Positions 19,901-21,364 of a DNA stretch of 21,364 nucleotides are shown piece after piece. Origin of the DNA: Lachnospiraceae bacterium (GTDB lineage: Bacteria; Bacillota; Clostridia; TANB77; CAG-508); NCBI GenBank assembly GCA_031262685.1, contig JAISHG010000107.1:1-21364 (forward strand). Reading direction: 5' to 3'. The translations under genes were made by a program, and so were the position numbers. Position 1 is the first letter of the stretch. The number at the start of each line of letters is the position of its first letter. The notes under the pieces were generated by a model. The model saw nothing but the letters and a program-made list of their open reading frames with translations, had not been told where the DNA came from and did not search any database.

Positions 19901-21364
19901 TGTTTTTCCATTTTGTATCATATTTGTATAACTTACTCCACTTTGAAGAACTCCTCCTGCTATTTCTAGTTGTCCTTCATTTACTATAGCATTTTTTAAT
20001 ACACTACTTGTTCCTACTTTTGCTATTTCTATTATTCCATCTGATACTTTCATTTGTCCATTGTTCAGTATTGTATCGTATGTTGTACTTGTTATTTTTC
20101 CAGCCGATTTGCCTCTTATTTCCTCTTCTATGCTTATTCCTCTTGAATCTGTTACTTCGATACTATTTACTGTAAATGTATCTGTTCCTGTATTTGTATT
20201 TCCATTTTTTCTATATCCCAAATGTAGATAATATTTTTGTCCTCCTGTTAATGTAGTAGTATAATCTGTAGCTTCAACTGTTCCAGATATATATATAAAT
20301 CTTCCTGCTGTAGTATTATATGTTGGTACAGTTGTACTTGTATTTACTGTGGCATATCCTAAGTCATTGTTAGCTTGACTATCTATTTCTGCATTTACTG
20401 TTATGTCAAATTGTTCTGCAGAACTGTAGTTAGTTAAGTCTATTTCTACGTAGCTGTTTGCTACTCCATTGTTTACTCCTGTATTATTAGATTTATATAC
20501 TCCATCCGCTTCTACAAAATAGTATGTTTCATTTGAAACTGGTACTAATTTTGTTCCTTTTTGATAATCTGGTGTACTCGTCACTTCTAATTTACCATTG
20601 TTTTCTATTACATAGTCTGCTACATCTGTTGTTAATCTGTATCCATCTAAGTTTAATAGTATATTTTTTGTTTCATCTATTACTACTTTTTCTGTTTTGG
20701 TTACGTCTTTTACAAGTACTATTTCTACCTGGTTTCCATCTTCTCCTATTAGTGTTCCTGCATCTGCTACCGCGTCTTCTAGCTTCATATATGTATTTCT
20801 ACCTATTCTTGCTTCTACGTTTGATATTATTCCTAATGTTGTTTTTAAACTATCTCCGTTATCTATTGTTACACCATTATATAGTAACGGCATTTCGTTT
20901 ATTAATCCATCTACTGTTTGCTCTCCATATATTACTCCATCGTAGAAGTTAAATGTTCCAGCAGCCTCTATTCCTTTTGTTTTTCCTTGTACTTTTGGTG
21001 CTGTTAGATTTATTGGTTTTTCGTCTATTCCCATTACAAATGTGGCATTTTCGTCTATTCTTACTGCTACTCCATCTGTACTTACCACTGCGCCGCCTTC
21101 TACTGTGTCTAGTAGTACTAGTTTGTTTCCTTCTGTTATTTTAAGTGTTGGCACGCTTGCTTCTTTTCCTGTTATTGTTTTTCCTTGTAAGTCTATGGTT
21201 ACATCTAACCCTTGATCTACTACTATTGTTTCCTCTGTGTTTTCTAATATTTCTATTGTGAATTTCTCAAATAGTTCTTTATTTTCCTCACATGCTTCTA
21301 GTGCATCCTTAATAGAATAGTACACTGTGTCCAATTCTACTACTCTTGCTATGTCTGTTTTTAT
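13931..21364 (-). CDS. Giant repeat-containing surface/adhesin-like protein (beta-helix-type repeats, C-terminal InlB B-repeat/Listeria-Bacteroides repeat); N-terminus lies beyond the window
   Basis: Frame stays open to the window edge (IKTDIARVVELDTVYYSIKDALEAC..), so the listed TTG start at 21334 is artificial. C-terminal YLISYDANGGTNTPQAQYKIAGQGIVLVGQPTRDGFAFAGWSTEQAGTIAEYMPGNTYEEDAILILYAIWE matches the Flg_new/InlB_B pattern. Confidence 0.88.
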   Translation of the reverse strand: MKTDIARVVELDTVYYSIKDALEACEENKELFEKFTIEILENTEETIVVDQGLDVTIDLQGKTITGKEASVPTLKITEGNKLVLLDTVEGGAVVSTDGVAVRIDENATFVMGIDEKPINLTAPKVQGKTKGIEAAGTFNFYDGVIYGEQTVDGLINEMPLLYNGVTIDNGDSLKTTLGIISNVEARIGRNTYMKLEDAVADAGTLIGEDGNQVEIVLVKDVTKTEKVVIDETKNILLNLDGYRLTTDVADYVIENNGKLEVTSTPDYQKGTKLVPVSNETYYFVEADGVYKSNNTGVNNGVANSYVEIDLTNYSSAEQFDITVNAEIDSQANNDLGYATVNTSTTVPTYNTTAGRFIYISGTVEATDYTTTLTGGQKYYLHLGYRKNGNTNTGTDTFTVNSIEVTDSRGISIEEEIRGKSAGKITSTTYDTILNNGQMKVSDGIIEIAKVGTSSVLKNAIVNEGQLEIAGGVLQSGVSYTNMIQNGKTNELNGDAVVKLTGGTIGSTVNRIYGIYNYANGVVESAGGKVSTYDIAIYSFGTLKLDGGTIKSSNSRAINIGNTVTREIIIKNATIKGIFGVYNDSRPTGLEVLVDNCNISGFGTGVTYGVYNNSSSGTINVSNSTISEIKYAVYNSYTGVINVNNSTMSGTNYYLVYNSGSGVITVLNSEIINGGNGVYNASSGTIDIENCFIESTGSTVIVNGSSGTINIKSGEIVGYSNNYTINNAARGTINIGTKDGEINEEEVIIRLGTGISNISTGKVNFYDGKIVTLKANEGLMGSINDIEEGVDIVKTTGDTYNTYTLGTNIEVAQVGETKYNSVQEAVEACGTSEEQKTVTILKDIITAREIVIDEGQNIKLDINGHSILVLNEGITNNGKLELVNGLGTTHKIYARTQMPIITNNGELVIGNVEISRQTAAGSSSSYINVVYNTGKLVLNGGTISATTDYTRGISNVGEIIVNSGTITGTGSNGGMGIITSGEGKTIINGGTIAGGRRGIYAKDSSEIVITGGNINSKSDYAIYIDNSTSNNVNIRVEGGTITGGSYGIYSVNNNGEIVIKEENENVPTIIKGNSGICLQGESVAEIDEGEVIAGSYEGIVLDGTSKLVLKGGIVKSGTSANGYEAISLSGTSSLEMSGGEALSEKGYGIEINSTTVTAKITGGRVASGKSGTTTYSGIKNNGILVLGEKIAEGNVENPSIVSPEIIGTKYGVENIGTFKFYDGIIEGQLNGSIYGSVAEWEEGYEVIKTNNEELARETAIVSRMSAVKIVETGVEYGSISEAITASSTNKCTIQLLRSNILIDTVIVSEGQEIVLDLAGYSLTSQNEIMLQNDGTLKITNSTNASSTIENQLGEVVQNNGNLILENVTISHITETNRGTVLNAGVMKINSGTIKNTVGGNNVSVVYNTGKLELNEGTISYNYNTTGTTTSRGVYNTGELIVNGGSITVNKDYGIYTVGTSKVTINGGTLLGPTGIYAESSSEIRVTGGSITGGTAGTAYGIHIANNSNVNLVIEGGKIEGQDGIYVPNNTGEIIIKEVNENIQTLIEGSTGIYLSGESTIKIEGGTVFGEYNGIDAAKSSKIELTGGNIKNTKVNGTHYSAISLKDSSQLEMSGGEVIGETGLAINVGTINAKAIITGGKVSSGQNGTIKNTAINNIGTLVLGEKIAEDASETPSIINPEIIGTKYGVSNAGTFKFYDGIITGTNGYEAIYGGVSELEEEYDIIKTKNTEEQIETAVLSNASAVKIVETEETYSSILEAVEACNTNEYTIQLLRNIVTPLDLVTIGEGQNITLDLAGYTITARNNAIFKNEGTFVIIDSSDSKSGKIENFVGSVLDNSGISRIESGTIKTISTNNIAKIAISNSGKLIVNGGTISGEKNAEGIDSESDNIGIYNTGELIVNGGKIFGKTTKSYSSCHGRGIHNAGGKLTVNGGEISAEGMGNSETAAIYVEGEGNEIKFTNGIVKDTNSAISIISGAKGTVEISGGELAGNYGVYANNVPDFDIVITGGKVTATDNGIYLIGASKARIEGGKLESTSSSNYAIQITGTSVLEINGGEVVSRYHGIHISSNATLMMTGGEVCSEQIGIRMDSKTATATITGGTVSSVATGSSKYSAIYNEGTLTLGDNATRVSTINPEITGTSYGVENTGTFKFYDGIIRGPSGAIYGAVSEVADDHKVQNLDDGKTATLEVDAEFAQVAELNGVYYNTLDVAIASASGGAEQTIKICTDVNLNEGITIPAGKNIKIDLNGYVIRGIFEGALITNNGTLTVVDIIDTSALLEGEVINAIVQNTAGIGIQNNGTLNIGVLTRTVEETKLTIAGSTAGIVNSGSLTLNGGQVKGATAISGNAATPRSGYTITTTTLENLETTKLTSSIGVQTDPSDVVGADDSALPEQGDESTSTDPVTQYLISYDANGGTNTPQAQYKIAGQGIVLVGQPTRDGFAFAGWSTEQAGTIAEYMPGNTYEEDAILILYAIWE
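14192..14217 (-). repeat. Palindromic repeat copy 4, inside the adhesin coding sequence
   Basis: Minus-strand TTGTAGGGGCGGATGATTCCGCCCTA, translated in frame as part of DVVGADDSALPEQ. Confidence 0.7.
14700..21330 (-). repeat. Large intragenic tandem modules of the adhesin
   Basis: Module boundaries marked by (G)TFKFYDGIIxG...xxVKIVExxxxYxSIxEAxEAC...TIQLLRxI...xxxxGQxIxLDLxGYxxxx, seen around 21300, 20770, 18905, 17530, 16100 and 14745. Confidence 0.8.

Noticed and set aside
13893-21144. Many plus-strand Leu-rich or Ser/Val-rich ORFs antisense to the adhesin
   Set aside because: They arise from the repetitive composition of the adhesin on the opposite strand; none has a convincing start context or domain.
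14500-21300. CRISPR-like periodicity
   Set aside because: Repeats are in-frame degenerate protein-coding modules of variable spacing, not short identical direct repeats with uniform spacers; no cas genes are present.
21332-21334. Annotated start (TTG) of the giant adhesin ORF
   Set aside because: The frame is open upstream to the window edge and the upstream residues match the internal module pattern, so the gene continues beyond the window.

Overview
AT-rich, Firmicutes/Clostridia-like chromosomal window. From left to right it holds: the 3' end of a YhaO/SbcD-like nuclease and a YhaN-like ATPase on the + strand; a convergent minus-strand run of prfA, an HD-GYP gene and a 4-5 gene orphan VirB4/type-IV-secretion-like cluster; a small orphan ORF; lexA and a purine nucleoside phosphorylase (deoD-like); a G5/3D-domain cell-wall protein; a ZIP metal transporter; tRNA-Arg(TCT); a decayed ORF6N-domain gene; and the C-terminal >7.4 kb of a giant repeat-built surface protein. 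The observation most worth checking is that two unrelated conserved genes (VirB4-like and ZIP) are each split by a single +1 frame change. At both junctions the zero-frame codon is CGG, in a shared CGG-R-TTG context, and skipping the C restores the expected conserved glycine. I found no in-frame CGG in the other recognisable genes, including the giant adhesin; one exception lies in an unassigned ORF with atypical codon usage. This could be CGG-linked +1 or quadruplet decoding, or simply mutations or assembly indels. A second theme is a family of short palindromic elements (TTGTAGGGGCGC..GCGCCCTA) in four copies. The stems covary, one copy is embedded in frame in the adhesin gene, one acts as a plausible terminator, and one lies at the 5' truncation of the ORF6N gene. 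All calls were made by eye without database searches.
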